Part shown: positions 1 to 8,684 of the stretch, piece after piece
How the letters are laid out: each line of letters starts with the position of its first letter
Position numbering within the stretch: the first letter of the stretch is position 1
From: Gammaproteobacteria bacterium
GTDB lineage: Bacteria; Pseudomonadota; Gammaproteobacteria; JACQPQ01
Direction of reading: 5' to 3'
NCBI GenBank assembly: GCA_016207405.1
Contig: JACQPQ010000053.1
Coordinates: forward strand, 8,246-72,245
DNA: 64,000 bases
Notes under the pieces: generated by a model
The model's input: the letters and a program-made list of their open reading frames with translations, nothing else
What the model was told of the DNA's origin: nothing
The model's database searches: none
Program-made: the position numbers and the translations under genes

Positions 1-834
1 GATCAATTATTTGTGGTGGACCGAGTAGACCATTACTTAGGGTCCATTCATGTGACTAAGTTGCTGACTCAAAAACCGACGACACCTGTAAAAGATATTA
101 TGGAACCTGTGGAGGTGATTTTAGCGAGCCTTCCGCAAGGGGAGGTTGCTCAATTCTTTGAAAGGCATAATCTCATTTCAGCCCCCGTGGTGAATGATGA
201 GGGCAAACTGTTAGGCCGAATTACCATCGATGACATTTTGAATGTGGTTCGAGATGAAGCCGAGCATTCTTTGATGGGAATGGCGGGCTTAGGCGAATTT
301 GATACCTTTGCCCCCATTTTAACAAGCACTCGGCGCCGTGCCATTTGGCTTGGAATCAATTTACTGACGGCAATTATTGCAGCGGGGGTTATTAAAATTT
401 TTGAGCATACTTTAGAGCAAGTCGTAGCCCTTGCGGTGTTAATGCCGGTTGTGGCCAGCATGGGAGGGATTGCAGGTACGCAGACGCTGATGCTGGTGAT
501 ACGCGCGATGGCTTTAGGCCAGGTGAGAGGAAGTAATGTGGGGTGGTTGTTTAATAAAGAACTCATGGTGGGTGTTTTGAATGGCTTTCTCTGGGCAGTG
601 GTGATGGGGGGCGTTGCGGTTATTTGGTTTGACAACCTACCTCTTGGGTTTATCATTGCTGCCGCGTTGACACTGAATTTGGTTGTGGCTGCTTTTTCTG
701 GGGTTTGTTTGCCGCTTCTTCTTCGCAAATTAAAAATAGATCCAGCGGTTTCAGGTGGGGTGATTTTAACAACCATTACGGATGTAGTAGGGTTTTTTCT
801 ATTTTTGGGATTAGGGACCGTATTTTTATTGTGA
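1..834 (+). CDS. mgtE: Magnesium transporter MgtE, C-terminal part (5' end outside window)
   Basis: The frame is open from base 1 (DQLFVVDRVDHYLG...), so the ORF-track GTG at 13 is internal. A CBS-like segment (ISAPVVNDEGKLLGRITIDDILNVV) is followed by the multi-TM MgtE channel domain (LMPVVASMGGIAGTQT, ITDVVGFFLFLGL). Confidence 0.85.
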   Translation, partial: DQLFVVDRVDHYLGSIHVTKLLTQKPTTPVKDIMEPVEVILASLPQGEVAQFFERHNLISAPVVNDEGKLLGRITIDDILNVVRDEAEHSLMGMAGLGEFDTFAPILTSTRRRAIWLGINLLTAIIAAGVIKIFEHTLEQVVALAVLMPVVASMGGIAGTQTLMLVIRAMALGQVRGSNVGWLFNKELMVGVLNGFLWAVVMGGVAVIWFDNLPLGFIIAAALTLNLVVAAFSGVCLPLLLRKLKIDPAVSGGVILTTITDVVGFFLFLGLGTVFLL

Positions 835-880
835 TGGACTTCGCAGACGGAAACCCAAAAAACTTTAAGGAGGAATAAAC

Positions 881-1747
881 ATGAAAGGATTTCCGATTTT
901 TGTACTATTTTTAATTACATCTTTTACTGTTGTCGCTGCGGCTGAACGCCGCGAAAGAAATGTCGTTGGATTTATTCAGGCAGAACACACCCTAGAGGAT
1001 CTAGAGGATATTGAGGTTTGTTCAGCAACTTCAGTCTATAGCTATCTTCAGCCTTTTGTCCTGACTGCAGCGAGTTGTTTGCACAATAAAGATAATAAGG
1101 TGGCACCGTATATATATTTCTTTCCGAAGTATAGAAAAAAAATTAAGTTCTTCCCCGAATACATTCGTCCGGATGGCATTTACATCCCTAAAGAGTGGAA
1201 AGGGGGGAAGCCACCCAATAATTATAATTATGCTTTTCTGCACTTTCCTGCTGATAAAATGAGAAAAATGGGAATAGGGTTTGGAGATTATGCTGTTTTT
1301 TCTGGTTTTTACACGAACCCTGAAGGAAGACCTTTTACGAAAGAAGAGATCAAGGAAAATACAATGTCATTTAGCTTATATGGTTATGATACCGTGATGG
1401 CAGATGGAAAGCCCGTTCGTTATGATCCCACTTTTCAGTTTTTAGGAACCATCCTGCAAAATCATTACCAGCTGTCCAACTCGTTTATCGATTTAGGAAA
1501 TCGCGTTGTAATAACATTAGAAAGTGGAAAAACAAAAACTGGAAATCAACTCATAGCAGATTTCTGGGCAAGAGGCCCTTCTGTTCGGGGCGCTCCCTTG
1601 CTGTATGTAAATCCTAAAATGGGCACGGGTGATCCCCAGATATTCGGAATGATGGTGGATGATGGCAAAACGGGCAAAATATTGCTGATTACTCAAGAGA
1701 TCTATTTGCGATTTATGCAGTGGGCTAAGACATTTGATAAAAAATAG
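881..1747 (+). CDS. Secreted trypsin-like (S1-fold) protein with non-canonical catalytic residues
   Basis: Strong RBS (aaggagga) lies 7 nt before the ATG. Signal peptide MKGFPIFVLFLITSFTVVAAA. VLTAASCLH matches the S1 'LTAAHC' block but has Ser in place of His. NYAFLHF sits where D-x-A-L-L is expected. GPSVRGAPLL sits where GDSGGPL is expected. Confidence 0.5.
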   Translation: MKGFPIFVLFLITSFTVVAAAERRERNVVGFIQAEHTLEDLEDIEVCSATSVYSYLQPFVLTAASCLHNKDNKVAPYIYFFPKYRKKIKFFPEYIRPDGIYIPKEWKGGKPPNNYNYAFLHFPADKMRKMGIGFGDYAVFSGFYTNPEGRPFTKEEIKENTMSFSLYGYDTVMADGKPVRYDPTFQFLGTILQNHYQLSNSFIDLGNRVVITLESGKTKTGNQLIADFWARGPSVRGAPLLYVNPKMGTGDPQIFGMMVDDGKTGKILLITQEIYLRFMQWAKTFDKK

Positions 1748-1750
1748 CAG

Positions 1751-1786
1751 GTAGGTCGGATTCAAGCGTTAGCGCTTAAATCCGAC
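1751..1786. repeat. REP-A-like GTAG-headed palindrome (gtaggtcggattcaagcg-tta-cgcttaaatccgac)
   Basis: Near-perfect 14-bp inverted repeat immediately after the stop of the 881..1747 gene. The head GTAGG and the AAGCG core are shared with copies at 5257, 42725 and 59548. It probably also acts as a terminator. Confidence 0.6.
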
Positions 1787-1866
1787 AAAATGAGTCGCGA
1801 CCGAATTTCACGTTTTATTGCCGCGTGTTGCGGCAATTCCTAAATATTTTTTTGGAGGGTCTCGCC

Positions 1867-2670
1867 ATGGAATGGGGAGACTTTGTTATTCCAATTCCAA
1901 CCGTAACCGATCTCTCCCGCAAAACCGCATGGGAGGGAGGAAAATTGATAGAACACCCAGGGCATGCGTTGATGTTCGACATGGCCTATGGGTTTGCACG
2001 GCTCACCTTTGCCTGGGTGGACCAGAGCAAAAACATTTTTGGGATCCCTCGCCCTGATTGGGCTTATGATCCCAAACTCCCTGAGAACCTTCAGCGTGGG
2101 GAAGAACTCTACGCGGGGCCTCGTTTTGAACGAGGGCACTTGGTTCCTAAGGACGACGTAGAGAGGGAGCCTCGTGACTTTGCTGAGGAAGCGGTGCGAG
2201 CTACTTTCTATTTCAGCAACGCAACCCCGCAAAAACCCTGGTTTAACCAGGGGGCTTGGAAAGAACTCGAACAGTGGGTAGGGAAAACCTACCATAAGTT
2301 CTATGTTCTCACTGGGCCTGTCCTTACGGGAGGCTGTGAGGTATTTCGCGGGGTTCGAATCCCTCCAGCCTTTTGGAAGGTGGTGGCGTTTATAAAGAAT
2401 GGACTTCTTCGAACCGCCGCCTTTCTGAAGGCGCAAAATCCAGCCTGGTTGGCTGCGATCAAATCTGAACCGGAACCTGTTGAAGAGGTTCCTGATCAAA
2501 CCCTATATCAAGTCCCTGTTCGGCGAATTGCCCAATTGGCCGATCTCAATTTCGAGGGGCTGGAAGAAGGCGATACGCTGTCCACAGGGCTTGTGAACCC
2601 AATGGCCCTGTGGCTCCCGACACAGGACGCCTGGCGGCCTATTGTTGAGGCTGCCCAGATCATTCTTTAG
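1867..2670 (+). CDS. DNA/RNA non-specific endonuclease (Serratia NucA / EndoG family)
   Basis: GGAGGG lies 9 nt upstream of ATG 1867, so the ORF-track GTG at 1825 is less likely. FERGHLVP is the DRGH-type catalytic motif. FYFSNATPQKPWFNQGAWKELEQWV is the metal-binding Asn / N..PQ...N.G.W..LE block of this family. No N-terminal signal peptide is visible. Confidence 0.75.
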   Translation: MEWGDFVIPIPTVTDLSRKTAWEGGKLIEHPGHALMFDMAYGFARLTFAWVDQSKNIFGIPRPDWAYDPKLPENLQRGEELYAGPRFERGHLVPKDDVEREPRDFAEEAVRATFYFSNATPQKPWFNQGAWKELEQWVGKTYHKFYVLTGPVLTGGCEVFRGVRIPPAFWKVVAFIKNGLLRTAAFLKAQNPAWLAAIKSEPEPVEEVPDQTLYQVPVRRIAQLADLNFEGLEEGDTLSTGLVNPMALWLPTQDAWRPIVEAAQIIL

Positions 2671-2675
2671 GCTAC

Positions 2676-2706
2676 GTCACCCCGTGGCTTGACCACGGGG
2701 TCCAGA
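2676..2706. terminator. GC hairpin between convergent nuclease gene and gpsA (family GTCA...TCCAGAT)
   Basis: The stem accccgtgg (2679-2687) pairs with ccacggggt (2693-2701) around a 5-nt loop. The flanks gtca...tccagat are the same as those of the hairpin at 5296..5333. Confidence 0.55.
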
Positions 2707-2709
2707 TTG

Positions 2710-3708
2710 TTATTCCGACGTCGGCTCTCTTTCCAAGAGAGCCCTTACCGCTTCATGCGGTGCGCGGTGATGATACAAAATATGGTAGATCTCAGTTGTA
2801 ATGGGCATAGACGCTTGGTGTTGGGTTGCTAAGCGGTAAACCTGTTGGCTGTTTAAAATACCTTCTATCACTTGTCCCACTTCTTTTGCTGCACTGTCAG
2901 CGCTTTTGCCCTGACCAATGAAAAGACCAAAACGACGGTTGCGTGACTGATTGTCGGTTGCGGTTAAGATCAAATCTCCTATACCCGCAAGTCCCATAAA
3001 GGTTTCCTTTTCTGCCCCCAATAAAAGTCCCAAGCGAGTCATTTCAGCCAGTCCCCGAGTGATGAGGGCTGCTCGAGTATTGGCACCATATCCCAACCCA
3101 TCTGAAACGCCGGCTGCAATCGCCAAGATATTTTTAATCGTTCCCGCGAGTTGAACTCCAATGAGATCGGTAGAAGGGTAAACTCTAAAAGACAGACTTT
3201 GAAAACGTTTTCGGAGATCTTCAAAGAAAGCACGGTTTCTTGAGGCAATCGTCACGGCAGTCGGTTGCCCAGCCAAAACTTCTCGTGCAAAAGTAGGGCC
3301 TGACAGTACAGCAAGAGGGATGGCTGCCCCCAGCACGTCAGAGGCGACACTATCAAGGCATTTGCCAGAATGAGGATCTAGCCCTTTGGTTCCCCAAGCC
3401 AAACGCACATCTTGGTGCAAGAGGGGGGCTATTTTTTGAAGAGTTTCCCGAAAAGCATGGCTCGGTACGGCCAAAAAAATATCGGAGGTTGTGTGTAAAG
3501 CGGATTGTAAGTCCAAACATATTTCAATAGCGGGTGGGAGTATTGTGTCTGGGAAGTAAAGCGTATTACGCCTTGTGTTGTGCATGTCATGAAGGTGCGA
3601 AGACGAGTGCCCCCACAGACGAACAGGTTCACCATTATTGGCAAGATGAAATGCAAGCGCCGTGCCCCAAGAGCCTGCGCCGATGATTAAAATAGGAGGG
3701 GATAACAT
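2710..3708 (-). CDS. gpsA: NAD(P)H-dependent glycerol-3-phosphate dehydrogenase
   Basis: N-terminal Rossmann motif ILIIGAGSWGTALA. Conserved GYGANTRAALITRGLAEM block. Position directly downstream of secB, as in E. coli. Confidence 0.9.
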   Translation of the reverse strand: MLSPPILIIGAGSWGTALAFHLANNGEPVRLWGHSSSHLHDMHNTRRNTLYFPDTILPPAIEICLDLQSALHTTSDIFLAVPSHAFRETLQKIAPLLHQDVRLAWGTKGLDPHSGKCLDSVASDVLGAAIPLAVLSGPTFAREVLAGQPTAVTIASRNRAFFEDLRKRFQSLSFRVYPSTDLIGVQLAGTIKNILAIAAGVSDGLGYGANTRAALITRGLAEMTRLGLLLGAEKETFMGLAGIGDLILTATDNQSRNRRFGLFIGQGKSADSAAKEVGQVIEGILNSQQVYRLATQHQASMPITTEIYHILYHHRAPHEAVRALLEREPTSE

Positions 3709-3714
3709 CTCACT

Positions 3715-4179
3715 TTAATGAAGCTGCGGAGAAACCATGCTTTTTTCTTTCATTTGTTCACCCTGATAGAGTGCTTCAAAATTAACAGGGACAAGATAAA
3801 GTGGAGGAAAGCCTGCGCGTTGTACGATGGTGGAAACGAGCTCGCGAAGATAAGGAAACAAGATGGTGGGGCACAGGGCTGTTAACGTGTGGTGCAGGTT
3901 TTCTTTGGAAAGACCTTTTATGGTAAAAACGCCGACTTGATCTGCATGGATGGTATAGATCTCCGCTGCCTCTTGTACCGCTTTAGCCGAAACCTTTAAG
4001 GTGACTTCATACCGATCTTTTTCAATGACTTTACTGTGGGTGGAGAGTTGAAGTTCAAGTGCGGGGTTCCAGGGGACATTTTTCAAATTTGTGTGTTTTT
4101 GTGGGGATTCCAACGAAAGAGACTTCATATATATTTTTTGAATAACGAATGTGTGCGTATGTTCAGTCATGGAGTTCAT
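3715..4179 (-). CDS. secB: Protein-export chaperone SecB
   Basis: FVIQKIYMKSLSLESPQ resembles the SecB N-terminal block (FQIQRIYTKDISFEAP). Size is about 150 aa. secB-gpsA synteny is present. The start is ambiguous: TTG 4185, ATG 4179 or ATG 4170. Confidence 0.85.
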   Translation of the reverse strand: MNSMTEHTHTFVIQKIYMKSLSLESPQKHTNLKNVPWNPALELQLSTHSKVIEKDRYEVTLKVSAKAVQEAAEIYTIHADQVGVFTIKGLSKENLHHTLTALCPTILFPYLRELVSTIVQRAGFPPLYLVPVNFEALYQGEQMKEKSMVSPQLH

Positions 4180-4185
4180 TCTCAA

Positions 4186-4614
4186 TTACGATTTTTTTAC
4201 CAATGGTAGTTGTGCATTCTGCCAAGCTTCCAGCCCGCCGGAAATCGTGTAAAGCTCCGTTTGCCCTGCTTTTTTCAGCAGTTGGGTTGCTTCCTTCAGG
4301 GATTGTCCCATATCAGTGATGAGTAAAATAGGCTTCTCTTTATTCCGAGTCAGGCGAGCGAGCTCGCGTTCTAAATTTTGAAGAGAGAGATGTTCTGTGT
4401 GGATGAGGGATCCCTTTTCAAATTCAGCTTGGCTTCTTAAATCTAAAATAAGAACATCTTTTTGGTTAATCAGTTGAACGGCAAAAAGGGGGGCCAGTTT
4501 TTGGATGCCAGGTGTCCACTGTCGCCATTCATTCAGAACAAAAACAAAGAGCAAACCTGAAAATAGCAGAAAGAGTATTGGATGGTGAGCGATAAAATCG
4601 AAAAATTGTTCCAT
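4186..4614 (-). CDS. Membrane-anchored rhodanese-domain protein (YibN-like)
   Basis: One N-terminal TM helix (HPILFLLFSGLLFVFVL) followed by a rhodanese-size domain. It sits directly upstream of secB-gpsA, like E. coli yibN. The expected active-site loop reads LLITDMGQS, so the catalytic Cys appears to be absent. Confidence 0.6.
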   Translation of the reverse strand: MEQFFDFIAHHPILFLLFSGLLFVFVLNEWRQWTPGIQKLAPLFAVQLINQKDVLILDLRSQAEFEKGSLIHTEHLSLQNLERELARLTRNKEKPILLITDMGQSLKEATQLLKKAGQTELYTISGGLEAWQNAQLPLVKKS

Positions 4615-4766
4615 AAAAAGATAAAACCCTCTTGTAAAATAAAACTGTTTCCATTATACCAGGAAACAAGATTTCCGCGTGTTTCAGAGCGTAATTTTTA
4701 CGCTCCCTTTCCAAAGCTTCGTTCGTGCACAGGATGTGCATCTTTTCCACCACTTAGGAGTTAGTC

Positions 4767-5255
4767 ATGCAAACAACGTTGAATACGAAGGCGTTGATTG
4801 CGATTGCATTTTTTGCGGCCTTACTGGTAACCACCTTCTGGCAAATTGGCGGTAACTTCGTGCAAGCCCTTTTGGCCGGAGTGTTTATGGTGGCAACCCT
4901 CCTATATGCCCGCAGCTCAACCACAAGCCTTGTGGATGCGGCAGCCCTTTTGGGTGGGCTTCTGGTCCTTTATGTCCTATCCAAGGCGGCCCTCCTTGCG
5001 CCACAGGCCTTCACCCCTGCAGTCCTAGCCGCTTCTTTTGCGGCAGGGCTTTTTTCTGAAGGCTTCTTTCCGAAGGCAAAAATGGGGACCAAGGGCACCA
5101 CTATGGGAGTTGCCTTTGCCGTCTTTTTGCTTGCCATGGGGTACCCAATGGAAGGCAAAGACTTCCCAAGTTTTGCTATCGTATTTTTCTGGGGGATGAC
5201 CGCAACCATCGGTTCCCCCGCATTAGTCAATATGATGTTACTGCGAAAGCAGTAG
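4767..5255 (+). CDS. Hypothetical integral membrane protein (about 5 TM)
   Basis: Long ORF with RBS-like aggag before the ATG and alternating hydrophobic helices. No family was recognised. Confidence 0.5.
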   Translation: MQTTLNTKALIAIAFFAALLVTTFWQIGGNFVQALLAGVFMVATLLYARSSTTSLVDAAALLGGLLVLYVLSKAALLAPQAFTPAVLAASFAAGLFSEGFFPKAKMGTKGTTMGVAFAVFLLAMGYPMEGKDFPSFAIVFFWGMTATIGSPALVNMMLLRKQ

Positions 5256-5256
5256 A

Positions 5257-5287
5257 CCGGCCACGCTTGCGCTTAGGCCGGCCTACA
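5257..5287. repeat. REP-A copy (ccggccacgcttgcgcttaggccggcctac), reverse orientation
   Basis: Its reverse complement begins GTAGGCCGGCCTAAGCGCAAGCGTGGCCGG, essentially identical to the copy at 59548..59577. It lies right after the stop of the 4767..5255 gene. Confidence 0.75.
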
Positions 5288-5295
5288 ACACAAAT

Positions 5296-5333
5296 GTCAT
5301 TGCAAGGCCGCACCAACGGCCGAAGCAATCCAG
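5296..5333. repeat. Hairpin of the GTCA...TCCAGAT family
   Basis: The sequence gtcattgcaaggccgcaccaacggccgaagcaatccag has nested stems attgc/gcaat and ggccg/cggcc. It abuts the ATG at 5334. Confidence 0.5.
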
Positions 5334-5885
5334 ATGAAAGGATTTAAAATAATGAACGTTCTAACAATGCTGCTGCGCCTTTTGGAGCAGCTTCTGCCCC
5401 ATCTGTTCTTCTCGCTTTACCAATGGTGGATAAAGCGTAGAGAACTCGATGTACTCAACGCCTTTGTGAAAAGCGTATACGAAGGTGAAGGAGACAAAAG
5501 CGTCATCGCTATTTCCGACCAACTCATCAGCCAAGATTTAGTGGAAAGCACTGATCCACTCATCATCTATGAAGGGCAAGACACCGCCCTCTTAGTTGAA
5601 GGGAAGGTTGGAGAGAAGAGGCAACGGTACTTCATTGACTTGAAGTGTTTGGAGTTACCGTTTGCGATCCCCGTAACGCGGCGTTTTGTCAGCCCTCCCT
5701 CTTGGTGGGCAGAACCCGATCTGCAATTCATGGCAGCCCTCTATGTGAAGGCCAAGTGGCAGTTTATGGCGGCCCTCAATGAGGGCAGCCTTCATGTATC
5801 TATTAAGGATGAAAAGGGAGTGCTGCAGGCAGTGCGGCGGTATGTGAGAGATCCCAACACCGTACTCGGTGTGCTTCCCTTGTAA
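5334..5885 (+). CDS. Hypothetical protein
   Basis: 183-aa ORF with no recognisable motif. Coding status was judged only from length and the lack of a competing frame. Confidence 0.4.
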   Translation: MKGFKIMNVLTMLLRLLEQLLPHLFFSLYQWWIKRRELDVLNAFVKSVYEGEGDKSVIAISDQLISQDLVESTDPLIIYEGQDTALLVEGKVGEKRQRYFIDLKCLELPFAIPVTRRFVSPPSWWAEPDLQFMAALYVKAKWQFMAALNEGSLHVSIKDEKGVLQAVRRYVRDPNTVLGVLPL

Positions 5886-5945
5886 TATCTAAACAAACTT
5901 CCCATGCTTTCTTACAAGAAGGCGTGGGGAGTTTAGGTGGGCTTT

Positions 5946-7901
5946 TTAAGTTTTTAATTCCGGCAAATTTTGATAGAGTTTTAAACTTTCTGGATTGGCC
6001 AGGGCATTTTGATTGGTAACCTTGCGGCCATGAAGGATATTGCAAACAGCCAGTTCAGCTATTTTGCCATTCAACGTTTTAGGAATGTCGGCAATTGGGA
6101 TGATCTTAGAGGGAACATGACGGGGAGTCGTATCTTCACGAATTGTTTTTTGAATACGCGCTTCAAGCTCTGGGCTCCACGAAAGATCAGGCCGTAATTT
6201 AACAAAAAGGATAATACGTTCATCGTCCTGCCACTTCTGGCCTACCACAAGGGATTCTACAATTTCGTCTATTTTCTCCATAGGACGGTATATTTCAGCC
6301 GTACCGATACGGACACCCCCTGGGTTTAATACGGCGTCTGAACGGCCAAAAATTACGAGACTTCCACGTTCTGTCAGAAGAGCGTAATCACCATGCCGCC
6401 AAACATTGGGAAAAACCTTAAAATAGGCGTCACGGTAACGACGTCCTTTGGGATCATTCCAAAACCCAACCGGCATGGAAGGAAATGGGGATATGCACAC
6501 CAATTCTCCTCGTTCGCCACAAACCGATTGGCCCTGTTCATTCCATACTTCGACATTCATACCTAGCCCTAGGCATTGGAGTTCGCCCCTATGGACAGGC
6601 AGTAATGGATTTCCTAATGCAAAACACGATACGATATCGGTCCCGCCAGAAATGGAAGAAAGCTGAACGTCTTTCTTAAAGGACTGGTAGATGTAGTCAT
6701 AGTTCTCAGGCAACAAGGGAGAGCCTGTAGACAGAATACTCCTCACCGAAGTCAATCGGTGCGTTTTACGAGGGACAAGGCGTTCTTTTTCTAAAGAGGC
6801 GATGTACTTGGCGCTCACGCCAAATAGGCTCACCTTTTCCGCATCTATTAAGTCTAGGAGACGTGCCGGAGTGGGGAAAAAGGGTGAACCATCGTACAGC
6901 ACTAAAGTTGCCCCACTGGCGAGGCCAGACACCAACCAGTTCCACATCATCCATCCGCAAGTGGTATAGTAAAAAAAAACGTCTTCTCGCTTTAAATCGA
7001 GATGCAGAACATGTTCTTTGAGATGCTGCAGTAAGGTCCCTCCTCCTCCGTGGACAATACACTTTGGAGTGCCCGTAGTGCCTGAGGAATATAAAATGTA
7101 AACGGGATGGTCAAAGGGCAGTTGTTTAAAAGCGATAGTTTTGGCATCGTGTTCGACAAAATCCTGGTAGAAAACGCTGCCAGGAATATCAAGAGGGGGA
7201 TTTTTTTTTAAGTAAGGAATGACCACGATTTTGCGAAGGCTAGTAAGATGAGGAAGTGCCGCGCGAATGATAGCAAGTGAGTCAAAGGACTTTCCGTTGT
7301 ACTCATAACCGTCTGCTGTGAATAAGAGGGTGGGTTCAATTTGCCCAAATCTATCTAAGAGACCTTGAACCCCGAAATCTGGAGAACAAGAAGACCAAAT
7401 AGCACCCATGGAAGTTGCAGCCAACATGACAATAATGGCAGAAGGACAGTTCGGCAAAAACCCAACAATTCTATCTCCAACCTGAACGCCAATTTTTTGA
7501 AAAGCCGAAGCGCACTCGGCAACGTGTTTATAGAGCGCTTTGTAAGTCATTGTTTCTCGGCGGCCGTCTTCTCGACAAAAGACGAGCGCAAGGTTGAGAT
7601 CTCGAAAACGGAGCAAATTCTCAGCAAAATTGAGTTTGGCACCCACAAACCATTGAGCGCCTGGCATTTTATGTTCATCTTTTAATACCTGAATCCATTC
7701 TGAGGAGGCTTTAACTCCCGTGAAGCGCCAAACGGCAGGCCAGAATTGTTCAGGAGAGTGGATAGACCAATGATGAAGTTCAGAATATTGGGTTATCGAT
7801 AAAGCATGTTCTTTTTCGACAAACTGAATAAAGCGAGTCAACGCTGAGTTTTTACGTGCGCGCGCGGAAGGTTGCCAGAGTTCTTCTCTGCCCCTAGGCA
7901 T
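5946..7901 (-). CDS. Acetoacetyl-CoA synthetase (acetoacetate--CoA ligase)
   Basis: 651 aa. AMP-binding signature YSSGTTGTPKCIVH. The N-terminal region (LWQPS...FIQFVEKEH...YSELHHWSI..PEQFW) is typical of AACS rather than acetyl-CoA synthetase. Confidence 0.8.
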   Translation of the reverse strand: MPRGREELWQPSARARKNSALTRFIQFVEKEHALSITQYSELHHWSIHSPEQFWPAVWRFTGVKASSEWIQVLKDEHKMPGAQWFVGAKLNFAENLLRFRDLNLALVFCREDGRRETMTYKALYKHVAECASAFQKIGVQVGDRIVGFLPNCPSAIIVMLAATSMGAIWSSCSPDFGVQGLLDRFGQIEPTLLFTADGYEYNGKSFDSLAIIRAALPHLTSLRKIVVIPYLKKNPPLDIPGSVFYQDFVEHDAKTIAFKQLPFDHPVYILYSSGTTGTPKCIVHGGGGTLLQHLKEHVLHLDLKREDVFFYYTTCGWMMWNWLVSGLASGATLVLYDGSPFFPTPARLLDLIDAEKVSLFGVSAKYIASLEKERLVPRKTHRLTSVRSILSTGSPLLPENYDYIYQSFKKDVQLSSISGGTDIVSCFALGNPLLPVHRGELQCLGLGMNVEVWNEQGQSVCGERGELVCISPFPSMPVGFWNDPKGRRYRDAYFKVFPNVWRHGDYALLTERGSLVIFGRSDAVLNPGGVRIGTAEIYRPMEKIDEIVESLVVGQKWQDDERIILFVKLRPDLSWSPELEARIQKTIREDTTPRHVPSKIIPIADIPKTLNGKIAELAVCNILHGRKVTNQNALANPESLKLYQNLPELKT

Positions 7902-7904
7902 GTT

Positions 7905-8645
7905 TTAATTTTCTTCCTTATAATTTTCTTTGAGCAACCGCTCGGCTGCTTCGGCTAAATCTTCGAGCTGCAGCGTTCGATAGGCCTTCACCTGAAGTTC
8001 GAGGGCTCCTTTTACAGAAGAGGTGTTAGGAAAATGTTCAATGATATACTGAGCGCGTTCACTGGCTGCAACATACATAGCCCGTTCAAAGTAGTACTCC
8101 GCAATGGAAAGCTCATGTTCGGCTAAACCATCCCTGAGGTAAATCATTCGGTTTTTGGCATCTTGTGCATATTGGCTCGCTGGAAACAGTTTTAAGAGTT
8201 CTGCAAAGGCATTAAAAGCTTCTCGAGCGGCCTTTTGGTCACGTTCTGTCATATCGATGGGTAAAATCTTTTGAATAAAGCTCCAATTGAGTTCAAACAA
8301 AGCGACACCCTTTAAGTAATAAGCTTTATCCAGTTCTTTATGGTCGGCATGTAGGCGGATAAATCGGTCGGATGCGGCGACAGCAGAATCCAACTCGCCC
8401 ATTTTAAGATAAGCTTCAATGATCTCGAGTTGCCCTTCTGTAGCATACCGACCAAATGGAAACCGTGTTTCGAGAGCTTCATAATGCTCGATAGCCAGTC
8501 GATAGTTCTTGGCCTGTAAAGCTTGCTGCGCAGCTTTGTAAATTTGCTCTTCACCAGAGGTTTTAGAAAGTTCTGTCAAAGAAGTGCATGCGGGCAACAA
8601 GAGTAAAAATATGGATAGTTTTAAACGCAAGATTATTTTAAGCAT
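7905..8645 (-). CDS. bamD: Outer-membrane protein assembly factor BamD (lipoprotein)
   Basis: The true start is taken at ATG 8645 (MLKIILRLKLSIFLLLLPAC, lipobox LLPAC). TPR-like repeats are present (AIEHYEALETRFP, YLKGVALF). The ORF-track extension to 8804 reads into the palindromic element. Confidence 0.8.
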   Translation of the reverse strand: MLKIILRLKLSIFLLLLPACTSLTELSKTSGEEQIYKAAQQALQAKNYRLAIEHYEALETRFPFGRYATEGQLEIIEAYLKMGELDSAVAASDRFIRLHADHKELDKAYYLKGVALFELNWSFIQKILPIDMTERDQKAAREAFNAFAELLKLFPASQYAQDAKNRMIYLRDGLAEHELSIAEYYFERAMYVAASERAQYIIEHFPNTSSVKGALELQVKAYRTLQLEDLAEAAERLLKENYKEEN

Positions 8646-8684
8646 TCTGAAGCTCCGTGTTTGTAAGGATAATCCTGGTGTGAA

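Noticed and set aside
150-776. Long antisense ORFs inside real genes (for example 150..776-, 1840..2499-, 59730..60227-, 63049..63417-, 7365..7685+, 43000..43431+)
   Set aside because: They lie opposite genes with strong family motifs, have low-complexity Ser/Arg/Pro-rich translations, and have no RBS. These are typical shadow ORFs.
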